From assembly GCF_003918875.1 (NCBI RefSeq), contig NW_025767346.1, forward strand, positions 248,001-312,000: a stretch of 64,000 nucleotides of DNA. The letters run 5' to 3'. The notes below the pieces were generated by a model. It was not told where the DNA came from. It worked only from the letters and a program-made list of their open reading frames with translations, and did not search any database. The position numbers and the translations under genes are program-made. Below, in pieces: positions 24,101 through 38,854 of the stretch (within the stretch, counting starts at the first letter, position 1; the number at the start of each line of letters is the position of its first letter). Source of the DNA: Haliotis rubra. Its lineage: Eukaryota.

Positions 24101-27100
24101 CTGGATGTAACATGAATGACACTGGATGTAGTATGAATGACACCGGGTGTAGTATGAATGACACTGGATGTAGCAGGAATGACACTGGATGTAGTATGAA
24201 TCACACTGGATGTAGCATGAATGACACTGGATGTAGTATGAATGACACCGGGTGGAGTATGAATGACACTGGATGTAGTATGAATCACACCGGGTGTAGT
24301 ATGAATCACACTGGATGTAGCAGGAATGACACTGGACGTAGTATGAATGACACTGGGTGTAGTATGAATGACACTGGACGTAGTATGAATGACACTGGGT
24401 GTAGTATGAATGACCCTGGATGTAGTATGAATGACACTGGATGTAGTATGAATGACACCGGGTGTAGTATGAATCACACAGGATGTAGCAGGAATGACAC
24501 TGGATGTAGTATGAATCACACTGGATGTACCATGAATGACACTGGATGTAGTATGAATGACACCGGGTGTAGTATGAATGACACCGGGTGTAGTATGAAT
24601 CACACTGGATGTAGCAGGAATGACACTGGGTGTAGTATGAATGACACTGGATGTAGTATGAATCACACCGGGTGTAGTATGAATCACACTGGATGTAGTA
24701 TGAATGACACTGGACGTAGTATGAATGACACTGGGTGTAGTATGAATCACACCGGGTGTAGTATGAATCACACTGGATGTAGCAGGAATGACACTGGACG
24801 TAGTATGAATGACACTGGGTGTAGTATGAATGACACTGGACGTAGTATGAATGACACTGGGTGTAGTATGAATGACATTGGATGTAGCAGGAATGCCACT
24901 GGACGTAGTATGAATGACACTGGGTGTAGTATGAATGACACTGGATGTAGTATGAATGACACCGGGTGTAGCAGGAATGACACTGGACGTAGTATGAATG
25001 ACACTGGGTGTAGTATGAATGACACTGGACGTAGTATGAATGACACTGGGTGTAGTATGAATGACATTGGATGTAGCAGGAATGCCACTGGACGTAGTAT
25101 GAATGACACCGGGTGTAGTATGAATGACACTGGATGTAGAATGAATCACACCGGGTGTAGTATGAATGACACTGGATGTAGTATGAATCACACTGGATGT
25201 AGTATGAATCACACTGGATGTAGTATGAATCACACCGGGTGTAGTATGAATCACACTGGATGTAGCAGGAATGACACTGGACGTAGTATGAATGACACTG
25301 GGTGTAGTATGAATGACACTGGACGTAGTATGAATGACACTGGGTGTAGTATGAATCACACTGGATGTAGCAGGAATGACACTGGACGTAGTATGAATGA
25401 CACTGGATGTAGTATGAATGACACTGGACGTAGTATGAATGGCACTGCGTGTACTATGAATGAAACTGGATGTAGCAGGAATGACACTGGACGTAGTATG
25501 AATGACACTGGGTGTAGTATGAATGACACTGGACGTAGTATGAATGACACTGGGTGTAGTATGAATCACACTGGATGTAGCAGGAATGACACTGGACGTA
25601 GTATGAATGACACTGGATGTAGTATGAATGACACTGGACGTAGTATGAATGGCACTGGGTGTAGTATGAATGACACTGGATGTAGTATGAATGACACTGG
25701 ATGTAGTATGAATCACACCGGGTGTAGTATGAATCACACTGGTTGTAGCAGGTATGACACTAGATGTAGTATATGAATCACACTGGATATAGCATGAATG
25801 ACACTGGATGTAGTATGAATGACACTGGGTGTAGTATGAATGACACTGGACGTAGTATGAATGACACTGGATGTAGTATGAATGACACTGGACGTAGTAT
25901 GAATGACACTGGACGTAGTATGAATGGCACTGGGTGTAGTATGAATCACACCGGGTGTAGTATGAATCACACTGGTTGTAGCAGGTATGACACTGGATGT
26001 AGTATGAATCACACTGGATATAGCATGAATGACACTGGATGTAGTATGAATGACACTGGGTGTAGTATGAATGACACTGGACGTAGTATGAATGGCACTG
26101 GGTGTAGTATGAATGACACTGGATGTAGTATGAATGGCACTGGGTGTAGTATGAATGACACTGGATGTAGTATGAATGACACTGGATGTAGTATGAATCA
26201 CACCGGGTGTAGTATGAATCACACTGGTTGTAGCAGGTATGACACTGGATGTAGTATGAATCACACTGGATATAGCATGAATGACACTGGATGTAGTATG
26301 AATGACACTGGGTGTAGTATGAATGACACTGGACGTAGTATGAATGACACTGGACGTAGTATGAATGACACTGGATGTAGTATGAATGACACTGGACGTA
26401 GTATGAATGGCACTGGGTGTAGTATGAATGACACTGGATGTAGTATGAATGACACTGGATGTAGTATGAATCACACCGGGTGTAGTATGAATCACACTGG
26501 TTGTAGCAGGTATGACACTGGATGTAGTATGAATCACACTGGATATAGCATGAATGACACTGGATGTAGTATGAATGACACTGGGTGTAGTATGAATGAC
26601 ACTGGACGTAGTATGAATGGCACTGGGTGTAGTATGAATGGCACTGGGTGTAGTATGAATGACACTGGATGTAGTATTAATCACACCGGGTGTAGTATGA
26701 ATCACACTGGATGTAGCAGGAATGACACTGGACGTAGTATGAATGACACTGGGTGTAGTATGAATGACACTGGACGTAGTATGAATGACACTGGGTGTAC
26801 CATGAATGACACTGGATGTAGTATGAATGACACCGGGTGTAGTATGAATGACACTGGATGTAGTATGAATGACACTGGATGTAGTATGAATCACACCGGG
26901 TGTAGTATGAATCACACTGGATGTAGCAGGAATGACACTGGACGTAGTATGAATGACACTGGGTGTAGTATGAATGACACTGGACGTAGTATGAATGACA
27001 CTGGGTGTAGTATGAATCACACTGGATGTAGCAGGAATGACACTGGACGTAGTATGAATGACACTGGATGTAGTATGAATGACACTGGACGTAGTATGAA

Positions 27101-30075
27101 TGGCACTGGGTGTAGTATGAATGACACTGGATGTAGTATGAATGACACTGGATGTAGTATGAATCACACCGGGTGTAGTATGAATCACACTGGTTGTAGC
27201 AGGTATGACACTGGATGTAGTATGAATCACACTGGATATAGCATGAATGACACTGGATGTAGTATGAATGACACTGGGTGTAGTATGAATGACACTGGAC
27301 GTAGTATGAATGACACTGGATGTAGTATGAATGACACTGGACGTAGTATGAATGACACTGGACGTAGTATGAATGGCACTGGGTGTAGTATGAATGACAC
27401 TGGATGTAGTATGAATGACACTGGATGTAGTATGAATCACACCGGGTGTAGTATGAATCACACTGGTTGTAGCAGGTATGACACTGGATGTAGTATGAAT
27501 CACACTGGATATAGCATGAATGACACTGGATGTAGTATGAATGACACTGGGTGTAGTATGAATGACACTGGACGTAGTATGAATGGCACTGGGTGTAGTA
27601 TGAATGACACTGGACGTAGTATGAATGGCACTAGGTGTAGTATGAATGACACTGGATGTAGTATGAATGACACTGGACGTAGTATGAATGACACTGGACG
27701 TAGTATGAATGACACTGGATGTAGTATGAATGACACTGGACGTAGTATGAATGGCACTGGGTGTAGTATGAATGACACTGGATGTAGTATGAATCACACT
27801 GGATGTAGTATGAATCACACCGGGTGTAGTATGAATCACACTGGTTGTAGCAGGTATGACACTGGATGTAGTATGAATCACACTGGATATAGCATGAATG
27901 ACACTGGATGTAGTATGAATGACACTGGGTGTAGTATGAATGACACTGGACGTAGTATGAATGGCACTGGGTGTAGTATGAATGGCACTGGGTGTAGTAT
28001 GAATGACACTGGATGTAGTATTAATCACACCGGGTGTAGTATGAATCACACTGGATGTAGCAGGAATGACACTGGACGTTAGTATGAATGACACTGGGTG
28101 TAGTATGAATGACACTGGACGTAGTATGAATGACACTGGGTGTAGTATGAATGACCCTGGATGTAGTATGAATGACACTGGATGTAGTATGAATGACACT
28201 GGATGTAGTATGAATCACACCGGGTGTAGTATGAATCACACTGGTTGTAGCAGGTATGACACTGGATGTAGTATGAATCACACTGGATGTAGTATGAATG
28301 ACACCGGGTGTAGTATTAATCACACTAGATGTAGTATGAATCACACCGGGTGTAGTATGAATGACACTGAATGTAGCAGGAATGACTCTGGATGTAGTAT
28401 GAATGACACTTGGTGTAGTATGAATGACACTGGACGTAGTATGAATGACACCGGGTGTAGTATGAATCACACTGGATGTAGCAGGAATGACACTGGGTGT
28501 AGTATGAATGACACTGGATGTAGCAAGAATGACACTGGATTTAGTATGAATGACACTGGATGTAGCAAGAATGACACTGGATGTAGTATGAATGACACTG
28601 GACGTAGTATGAATGACACTGGATGTAGCAAGAATGACACTGGATGTAGTATGAATGACACTGGACGTAGTATGAATGACACTGGGTGTAGTATGAATGA
28701 CACTGGATGTAGTATGAATGACACTGGGTGTAGTATGAATGACACTGGATGTAGCAAGAATGACACTGGATGTAGTATGAATGACACTGGACGTAGTATG
28801 AATGACACTGGGTGTAGTATGAATGACACTGGATGTAGTATGAATGACACTGGGTGTAGTATGAATGACACTGGGTTTAGAATGAATGACACTGGACGTA
28901 GTATGAGATGTAGTATGAATGACACTGGATGTAGCAGGAATGACACTGGATGTAGCAGGAATGACACTGGGTGTAGTATGAATGACACTGGGTGTTGTAT
29001 GAATGACACTGGGTGTAGTATGAATGACACTAGGTGTATTTTGAATGACACTGAGTGTAGTATGAATGACATTGGGTGTAGTATGAATGACACTTGGTGT
29101 AGTATGAATGACACTGGGTGTAGTATGAATGACATTGGGTGTAGTATGAATGACACTGGGTGTAGTATGAATGACACTGGGTGTAGTATGAATGACACTA
29201 GGTGTATTTTGAATGACACTTGGTGTAGTATGAATGACACTGGGTGTAGTATAAATGACACTGGGTGTAGTATGAATGACACTGGGTGTAATATGAATGA
29301 CACTGTGTGTAGAATGAATGACACTAGGTGTATTTTGAATGACACTGGGTGTAGTATGAATGACACTGGGTGTAGTATGAATGACACTAGGTGTAGTATG
29401 AATGACACTGGGTGTAGTATGAATGACACTGGGTGTAGTATGAATGACACTGGGTGTAGTATGAATGACACTTGGTGTAGCAGGAATGACACTGGCAGTA
29501 GTATGAATGACACTGGATGTAGCAGGAATGACACTGGGTGTAGCATGAATCACACTGGGTGTAGTATGAATGACACTGGATGTAGCAGGAATGACACTGG
29601 ATGTAGTATGAATCACACTGGATATAGCATGAATCACACTGGATGTAGTATGAATCACACCGGGTGTAGTATGAATCACACTGGATGTAGCAGGAATGAC
29701 ACTGGGTGTAGTATGAATGACACTGGATGTAGTATGAATGACAGTTGGTGTAGTATGAATGACACTGGATGTAGCAAGAATGACACTGGATGTAGTATGA
29801 ATGACACTGGACGTAGTATGAATGACACTGGGTGTAGTATGAATGACACTGGATGTAGTATGAATGACACTGGGTGTAGTAGGAATGACACTGGGTGTAG
29901 AATGAATGACACTGGACGTAGTATGAGATGTAGTATGAATGAAACTGGATGTAGCAGGAATGAAACTGGATGTAGCAGGAATGACACTGGGTGCTGTATG
30001 AATGACGCTGGATGTACTAGGAAAAACACTGAATGTTGTATGAATGACACGATATTTAGCAGTAATGACACATCC
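21200..30075. repeat. About 8.9-kb array of a 21-bp unit (GTAGTATGAATGACACTGGAT)n occupying GTPase-1 intron 2
   Basis: More than 400 tandem units; source of the 700-1300-aa pseudo-ORFs. Confidence 0.95.
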
Positions 30076-30147
30076 AACCATAGTTGGTTCCAGCCCGCAA
30101 AGAAACACATTTAGTTTCAATGTAACAGGATACTTTTTCCCCAACAG

Positions 30148-30506
30148 GCATTCCCATATTTGGAATCATGACAAAGACTGATCTCGTAGACCCTGATGTC
30201 GACCTCGACTACCTGCAGAGGGAGGAGAAGTTCAAAGATATCTTAGGTCTACATGGCACGCCACGCTTCCTCCGATGCATCAACTACTGCAGCGCCATCG
30301 ACCCCGACAACAACATGATCTTCACCAGCTACCCATACATCGACGTCCCAGTACTTCGTCTTATGACCCAGATCTGTGACCCAGCCATAGAAGTAGTTCA
30401 TCAGCAGGAACCCTACCCCTACCGGCAGCTAGCCAGGGAAAAGACCTGCTGGATCGTGATGGCTATCGTTGTAATCTTTCTGGCGTTTGTATTTATTTTA
30501 CGTTGA
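30148..30506 (+). CDS. IFI44-like: IFI44-like GTPase 1, exon 3 (G4, NY motif, C-terminal tail anchor)
   Basis: acAG acceptor, phase 1. GIPIFGIMTKTD...RFLRCINY...IDVPVLRLMTQI...WIVMAIVVIFLAFVFILR*. Confidence 0.85.
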
Positions 30507-30600
30507 ATGCTCTTTGATATTCATTTCGAGTTTATAGACACCGAACTTGTGGAAATTGTTTATGACAGACTGCTCAAAACATTGTATTACACGAGAAGGT

Positions 30601-30757
30601 CATCCTCGATAACTCCAGGGTATAGGTTCCGATATATATAGTAGACTGTCAGTTTTACCTTAAGTCATGGCAATGCATACTATAGAAATGATCCCTAAAA
30701 GTATGATATATATAGTGGAGGGTTATCGGAACGTACACCCTGGAGTTATCGAGGATG
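30601..30757. mobile_element. MITE with 21-bp TIRs and a 9-bp TSD (Mutator-like)
   Basis: CATCCTCGATAACTCCAGGGT ... ACCCTGGAGTTATCGAGGATG, flanked by CGAGAAGGT / CGAGAGGGT. Confidence 0.7.
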
Positions 30758-31499
30758 CGAGAGGGTAAGCTCTAGACATTTCAGTTAATATACTGGACAA
30801 AATAAGTTAGGGATATTGGTATTTTTATGATTGATATCTTATCAGTGTGTCTATTTTAGGACATAAATTCTGAAAAATTATCACAGCGTTGGTTTGATGT
30901 TTTGATTATGATCAGTGTTTCATTGAGTACTTTATGTTTAGTAGTTTTCAAATTAGATTGCAATTCATCGGTCCGATTTTGAGCCAAACGGACTATAGGC
31001 TTAAGTTGCATGATCGATAGAGCGTTTATGCGAGGTAGGAAACATCGGTCACATAACAACGTATGGTATGAATTTACACAACGTTTCTGGGCTGCCTCTT
31101 GTCCCTTCATATAGGTGAATGGCAGAGTATGATTACGAGAAAAATATATAGTATGTACAGTGAGATAGTATTACAGATTAAGATGTGCAGAGTTCAAGGA
31201 GATAAAGTGGTACGTTTGTGCAATGGATAAGATTGGTATGTACAGAGTGTTTATACAACGAAAAGGATACTATTAGGATAATGACAGGATTGATTGGAAG
31301 CCACTTATGAAAACAATGATAGGAAAACGCACACATGAAAACAATGATAGGAAAACACACATCAAAGCATGTACAGTGATTAGGGGGAACATGGGAAAAC
31401 ATGTACAGTGATTAGGGAAACATGGGAAAACGTACGCTGATTAGGGGGAACATGGGAAAACATGTACAGTGATTAGGGAAACATGGGAAAACATGTACA

Positions 31500-31800
31500 T
31501 CGAAAGCCTCCATCGATTTTCTCTCCAATTGCTGATGTTGACGGCCAAAATGTCAGTGTCTTCCCAATTGACGGTATGGCTGGGATATCTGATCACGTGT
31601 TCAGATAGGGCTGATATCATATCCGAGCTCTTCTCCAATGCTTTGTGTTCTTTATACGAGTACATACCTTCCAACTTCTAAATGCCCCTCAAGCATCTGT
31701 TTGCATGTTTGTTTACATCACGGTTTTTAGTAATTCCATTTTTTATGTTGTTATTTATTTGCATTTTTGTCAAGCTCTGTGATCCAAAGCGAATTCCTTT
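31500..31800 (-). mobile_element. Penelope-like element GIY-YIG C-terminal fragment
   Basis: YKEHK...SALSEHVIRYPSHTVNWEDTDILA. Confidence 0.55.
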
Positions 31801-31815
31801 TAAGATAATAAAGTA

Positions 31816-31868
<53 letters not shown>

Positions 31869-32223
31869 CGTCTATCTGTCTGTCAAGAAGCAGTCGGGTC
31901 AGAATACAACGGCAGTTGTAATGCTGGAATAACGATCGGAGGCCTTATTGGCAATAACAATAACACACAGAAATAACTGGAGCCGGTGGATTCATATTAG
32001 TCAAGGTGAAGAAAGTCGTAGGCATTGTCGGTGTAGACATAGAGATGTAGGGTGGCTATCGTTCATCGTCTCGAATAAAGGGCGGTGAGATCGCCTGGTG
32101 GTTAGAGCGTTCGCTCGTCTCACCAAAACCCTGGTTCGATTCGCTACATGGTACCAATGGTGTGCAGCGGATTTCTGTTGCCCCTCGTCGTGATATTTCC
32201 TTCACCTGTGTCTTTGACCTAAA

Positions 32224-32388
32224 GGGGCGGTGGGGTAGCGTAGTAGTTAAAGCGTTCGTTCGTCACGCCGAAGACCCGGGTTCGATTCCCCACATGGGTA
32301 CAATATGTGAAGCCCATTTATGGTGTCCCCCGCCGTGATATAGCTGGAATATTGCTAAAAGCGGCGTAAAACTGAACTAACTCACTCA
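32224..32388 (+). mobile_element. tRNA-derived SINE family 1 (about 165 bp, (CACT)n tail); representative copy with a 12-bp TSD
   Basis: Box A/B (TAGCGTAGTAGTTAAAGCG...GGTTCGATTCCC); TSD CTTTGACCTAAA. About 30 full or partial copies, e.g. 4684, 16772, 18275, 18773, 37570, 37780, 38970, 39650, 40715, 41129, 42145, 43870, 46545, 47900, 49175, 50028, 54076, 60870, 62404. Confidence 0.9.
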
Positions 32389-32495
32389 CTTTGACCTAAA
32401 TACAATGAAACCTTAGATATCATACAGTAAGTTAAATGTTCCTGGACTTTTAAAGAATAAATATTCAAAGTGCAGAATCTGAAATTTGGTTCTAA

Positions 32496-32759
32496 GGGAC
32501 CGTTCATAATTTATGGCTGGGGTGGGGGTAGGGGTGAGTTTAAGGGAGACACACATTTTTGTTCTCGGGAGGTGGGGCAGGGGGGGTCATAATTTTTTTA
32601 CACATGTACTAGGGGGCGTCGTCATTGATTTTGTACATGACATGCAAGGGTGTGTCATTCACAGTGTACATGCTTCTCCATAAAACAAACAGTCATCACA
32701 CCCACCACCACACACACACACACACACACCCCTCAAAACCAAAACTTATGAACGGTCCC
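32496..32759. mobile_element. PIF/Harbinger-type MITE
   Basis: TIR GGGACCGTTCATAA ... TTATGAACGGTCCC with TAA target duplication. Confidence 0.75.
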
Positions 32760-33719
32760 TAATGTGACTTTGACATGGTAACGATAGAAATTCGAAGAAA
32801 GGCAATGACTTCAAATCCCTATTGTTTTCAGTCACCAGTTACAAAAGACAGATCATGCGGTTTACGTCAAAACTAATTCATATGCTAAAATAACCAGCTG
32901 TCACAGTCATGCGACCACACCTGTGAGAACCACCTGTGAAGTGCCTACCCTCTAATCAAATACGGCGAGCCCGGAGAGACACTAAATAAATCGATAAATT
33001 CACTGCGCTGAACGGGACCCAACCACGGGTAACCAGTTAGTCATATTACATGCTATCGACATACATAACATATAATATACGTGGCCACAGCTGGCTGTGT
33101 CAGCTCAATACAACAAAACCATTACGCATGGATAAAAAAAATCACAACTATTCATCTTCGATTGGGAACGAAGCGAAACTAACATTCAATAGCACTTTGT
33201 GAATTCTGGGCCCTGGAGCGAGCACTGTAATCAATTCAAAGCAGTGGATTTGCCCTGGCGTCTCCACCCCATGTAAGAGGAAACGAAAGCGAAAGTAAAC
33301 AATGATCATTTCAGCTGCGAAATAGGCATGGAAACATATTCCGATAACAAGACAAGACTGGTTATACAGAAATACACATTTGAGCAATACAAGCTACACA
33401 TGTTGCCATACCACGCCACCACCTCTACTTCTTTCACTACTACTGCTTCTGCTACGACTACTATTACTACCACAACTACTACTGTAACCCATGCTTGTCG
33501 TAAGAGGCGACTAACGGGATCGGGTGGTCAGGCTCGCTGACTTGGTTGACACATGTCATCGGTTCCCAATTGAGCAGATCGATGCTCATGTTGTTAATCA
33601 CTGGATTGTCTGGTCCGGCCTCGATTATTTACAGACCGCCGCCATATATCTGGAATATTGCTCAGTGCGGCGTAAAACTAAACTTACTCACTACTGTTAC
33701 TACAACCACTACTACTACA

Positions 33720-33750
<31 letters not shown>

Positions 33751-34579
33751 ATGACTACCTGCAGTACTAGCACTGGCACTAGTACAAATACCACTATTAC
33801 TATAACTATATCTAACTACTACTACTACTACAACAACTACTACTACTACTACTACTACTGACTACCTGCAGTACTAGCACTGGCACTAGTACAAATACCA
33901 CTATTACTATAACTATATCTAACTACAATTACTACTACTACTACAACTATTACTTCTACTACAACTTCTACTACTAGTATTACAACTAATATTACTCCTA
34001 CAATTAGGGAAAGTTCATAATATAAGGCTGTGTGTGTGATGATGTGATGATGATGATGATGATGATGATGATAATGATGACGATTTTAAGGGGGGGGCAC
34101 CCATTTTGTTCTAGAGTGGTAGGGTGGTTATGAATTTTGTATGTATGTACGGAGGGGGGTTGGGAGTAGGGGTCGGCAATATTGTACATAGTAAACTTAT
34201 GCTAAAAAATTATTGGAAGGGGGTGGGGGGGTCATTGATTTTGTACATGATATGCAGGGATGTCACTTACTTTGTACATAAAGTTTAGAGGGGGGGAGTA
34301 GTTCACATTGTACATGCTACTCCAGAAAAAAAACATCATCACCACAACTACGTTCTACTAAAAACAGTACCAACGATGATGATGGGAGGGTACCCGGGTT
34401 TGCTGACAGCCATTCAGCCCTTCCGACACTCTTGGAAATGCAATATTCTGCCATGTTGGGGATCTTACACATTCTCTGAAAAACTCTTGTTGGGTTCGAC
34501 ATGGCAGCGCTTCCTGGAAGAAGTCCCATCTCTGTCTGGGCTGCGTGTAGAGGGGCCAAGGGCTTCAGCTGATGTTGAG

Positions 34580-36044
34580 TAGGGCTTCAACGAGTCCATT
34601 TTCTTGGACTCGAGTACTCGAGGTGTGAGACTCGACTCGGACCCGAGTACTCGAAATTCATACCTTTCAAACAAACGATAGCGTAACCGGCATGACATGT
34701 GTTCCGATCACACAAGTGAACACTTACTTCTTTTCGATTTCATATCGTCGTGTGATTAACATTTCCTATTGGTCAGAATCAGTATTTGGATGTTTACTTG
34801 CCAAATGTTGCTTTTTTCATCGTACTGGTTGTACTGCCTGCATAAGGCGGTGGCATTTGGTTATTTTTCTCTTTTCAATATTATCCAGATCAAGACACGC
34901 CCATACATTTGATTTTTTATCGTTCTCCATGTCTGTTAAGATAGTTACCTAATCATTTTAAGAAGTGAAATCTCAAACGATGTATAATAATTACTCTCAT
35001 CTGCAGACTTGTAACAACTAATACCATACAGCCATACCGTGTGAGGAGTAAACTATTTAATCTAGGTGTTAATAAAAACATTATCAGATGGGTTAAAGAA
35101 TTCATGGTACATAGAACTCAGTATGTCAGTGTCAGTGGCTATCAATCTTCTTTCCTCTCAGCCTCTACTGGAGCTCCACAGGACTGTGTTCTTTCATCCG
35201 TACTCTTCGTTTTGTATACCAATGCCTGTTACTTGTCATTAAATGACTTGTTTACTGTGAAATTCGCAGATGACGCCACTGTTACTGGCCTAATTTCTGA
35301 TTCTGAACCTTATTATCGTCAAGGCATTGACAAAACCGTAATGACAGTTTTTATCAAACCTTTATTCAAAGTGTGTTGACATACAATTTTCTATGTTGGT
35401 ATGGGGTCTGTCTGATCGCAACAAAAACAAACTTTTCAAAATTGTTAATACTGCCGGCAAAAGTTCGAGTATATTCCTTTTATCTATGAGCGCCAGATTG
35501 TCAAAAAGGCAACTAAAATTAGATTTGATAGTTAACATATTTTATCTCACCATTTTGAAGTACTGCTTTCTGGACGCTGCTGTCGATTACCTTCCCTCAA
35601 AACAAACAGAGCTCGACAGTCTTTCATACCATTAAATATTCGTGAACGCAACAAATATTTTGAATTATCACCATGTGATAACAACTAGAATTATTCAGCC
35701 TCTGTACCTATGTGGTTAATTGAATTATATCATGTCAGTTTTATTGTGTAAATAGCTTTCGTTTTGTGCATGTAATTATTGTGTATATTTTTGTGAATTG
35801 TGTACATATTCATTTTGAGACAGTTTGGATGTATAAGAATTTCCTCCGGGATAATAAAGTTATATCTTATCTTAATATTAGACGTTAACGGCCGCTCATG
35901 CTCAGCACATGGCAGACAGTCTGTCAAAGTAACCCAACAATTCGAGCTATCTCCCCTTTTCGAGTCCTCGAGTCCTAGAAAATGGACTCGAGTCCAGCTA
36001 AACCCGACTCGTCTTCGAGTACTCGAGTACCCGTGGAAGCCCTA
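34580..36044. mobile_element. Non-autonomous hAT-type element (8-bp TSD) with a nested LINE fragment
   Basis: TAGGGCTTC...GAAGCCCTA ends, subterminal CTCGAGTACTCGAG repeats, TSD ATGTTGAG on both sides. Confidence 0.8.
35000..35875 (+). mobile_element. Degraded Rex1/Babar-like LINE reverse-transcriptase fragment
   Basis: WVKEFMVHRTQYVSV...STGAPQDCVLSSVLFVLYTN...KFADDATVTGLI; ends in an AATAAAGTTATATCTTATCTT tail. Confidence 0.75.
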
Positions 36045-38648
36045 ATGTTGAGCACAACCAACCTAACCATGTCGAAGGCTATTCATATAGATCACAGAGG
36101 TCGATAATCGTTAACTATATATCGATCGAATATAGGTAAATATCGAAGAAGTAACTTTGAGAAAATATGCCAAAAATTGTCTCAAAGAAATGAATATGTT
36201 TCACATCACTGATGAGTGGTGACATATTTTTGCATGGATTATTAACAAACAGCAACATAATTTGAAGAGGATAATTTCAAAGCAGACCATGAATAAAGTC
36301 CAAAATTTGTATATTGTTTTTTTCTACCATAAAAGTTAATGTACGATATTATCGATAACACAATCGATGCCTAGGTGTCGATTAACGATTGACGCCGCTC
36401 TGGGCGAGAATGTGAATTGTGCCAAAACGAAAGCCAGACTTGACAAAACGGAAGCACAGTCCTGGAGAATCTTGGATTCTAATCCACGATCATAGGCGCC
36501 TTAAGCCCAAATGGACGCAACTCCGCCGCAATAACAGCAGCTGTGCTCACCGAGCCACAACCTCCGTTCTCCCCTCACAACAACAACAACAACACAAGCA
36601 TAGGTTGTTGAAGACCAATTCTAATAGGGACCTTCACGGGTCCCAGGAGTATGAGGAGAGGTGGAGGTTTCCAATGTTCAGTACATAAATATAGTATGTG
36701 TGTGTGTATTTTGCCACAATACCGTATGGAATTGCCAGCTCTGTTGAGCATTCCACGAGACTTTCCTACTGTGACGTCATATACAAAACACAGAACCCGT
36801 GAAGATCCTGGTTAGAATTGGTCTTCGGTAACCCGTGCTTGTCGAAAGAAGTGACTAACGGGATCGGGTGGCCAGGTTCGCTGACTTGGTTAACACATGT
36901 CATCGTATCCAAATGGCGTTGATTGATGCTCACGATGTAGATCACTGGATTGTCTGGTCCAGACTTGATTATTTACGCATTTACAGATGGCTGCCACATA
37001 GTTTGATTATTGGTGTGCGGCGTTAAACAATAAACACCGTGTGCATGAGATACAATATCGATTTAATATGAGCTATATAGCAATTCAAAGCATCAACAAT
37101 TTGTTTCAAAGTCAAAACTGTCCCTGCTGTGATCAGCTGTATTCCTGTGGTAAACATTTCACTAAGGGGAGGCAACTCCGTTACCATTTCGGAAATTAAT
37201 TTATGGCGTTGAATACGCATGGAGAATGCAGGGTGACGTTAGACTACTGGAGATATCGCCCGGTCTGACATTTCCACACGGGGTGGGTTCGTTTAAACGC
37301 GACAGGGGCAGAAGAGATCTAAAAAATGACCCCTTTGATAAAATCAAGGAAGACGGCAACCCTTGTGATCATAACGGGGAATATAGTGGATTCAAGCCAA
37401 CAATAAGCGGATCATGACTGAACGAAGGTACGTAACTCTACTCATCACTGTGGAAACCTTAGATATCTGAGTGACGCTGCTCAAAGAGGGTTCTTTGTAA
37501 TTACGAGGAGTCATTAATTATTAATGCGTATAGTCGCATTCCCACTGTATTTGTAGATAAAGACTGACTGACTGAGTTTGGTTTTTACGCCGCTTTTAGC
37601 AATATTCCAGCAACATCACGGCGGGGGGAACACCAGAAATGGGCTTCACACATTGTACCCATGTGGGGATTTGAACCCGGGTCTTCGGTGTGACGAGCCA
37701 ACGCTTTAACCACTAGACTACCCCACCGCCCCTGTAGATAAAGAGATAGTTATGGCTCAATCCCTCTTTGGACAGTAGGAACGGTGGGGTAGTCCAGTGG
37801 TTAAAGCGTTCGGTCACCACGCTGAAGACCCGGGTTCGATTCCCAACACGGGTACATTTCTGGTGTTGCTCGCCGTGATATTGCTAACAGCGGCGTAAAA
37901 CCATACTCACTCACTCTCGACAGTCTTCCCAGGAATTATAAATACATTATCAAACCTCCACTATCCAATATACCATGTCTCCAATCTACAATGATGAATA
38001 CCCTGTACATTCGACTTCAATGTCGTCGTTGTGGAAGTGACGTACCATCTCTAATAACTCCACGTGCGTAATTTGATAGCATTGCTCCGAATAGGGTTGA
38101 GAAGGAACGTAGATTAGGGAACCGAGTCGGGGTTATTATTGCAACAGTGTGGCAATATAATACCCTGGACATTGCTATCCTATCCACTGCTCCGGAAAAG
38201 CATTATGACAAATTGCTCAAAACGGCGGCCCATAAACCTATATGTTATATCTGGACATATTATCCGATAAAAGCGCTTACGCCCCCTTTCCAGTTAGACA
38301 ACGCTGTCTTTTATTCACCAGTCAGCGGATAATCCGCTTAATCTAATGCCAATAATGATGATTATTGCACAGTCGGTGTGTCTCATTAAAAGCTCACTCA
38401 CAGCCATTAAATACACTGAAAGGTTCTAATTCAAGTGCTTTAAGACATATAGTTCATTACATCTCAAGGGAGGTACACAAACTGGTCCCTCCGCGGCGAT
38501 TATCACGTGATAGGTCCTTTAGTGGTCGGTCCTTAGCTAGGAAGGACTTAGTATCTGGTCTTCGCTTTTTCCTGATCCGTAACTTCCTGGAGTCAAGGTT
38601 TTTGCAATCTTCCTTTATTATGGACCACACAGACACCAGAAAAACCTG

Positions 38649-38854
38649 TTATATTCTATGTTCTTTTACGATCTTCACAATTCGATCAATTTGTGACTGG
38701 TTGAATTTCTCAAACACGCTGAGCATGCGTTGGTCGTTGTCAAGGCGACGGAGTTCGGGATGATTCCTGATCGAGGTCAAGTTGCTGTTGTATAAAGTCC
38801 CGGGTGGCAGGGACCTCGAGCCGCCATCTCTGCTATATATTACTACGACATCAC
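38649..38854 (-). CDS. 2-TM gene C, exon 5 (C-half of the alpha/beta domain)
   Basis: tttcAG acceptor, phase 1. (G)DVVVIYSRDGGSRSLPPGTLYNSNLTSIRNHPELRRLDNDQRMLSVFEKFNQSQIDRIVKIVKEHRI*. Confidence 0.85.

Noticed and set aside
21200-30075. CRISPR-like array
   Set aside because: Head-to-tail units with no unique spacers, no cas genes and a eukaryotic context.
21146-30144. 700-1300-aa 'mucin-like' and (MNDTGCS)n ORFs
   Set aside because: Products of a stop-free 21-bp unit, open on both strands and broken by frameshifts, lying inside a well-defined GT-AG intron.
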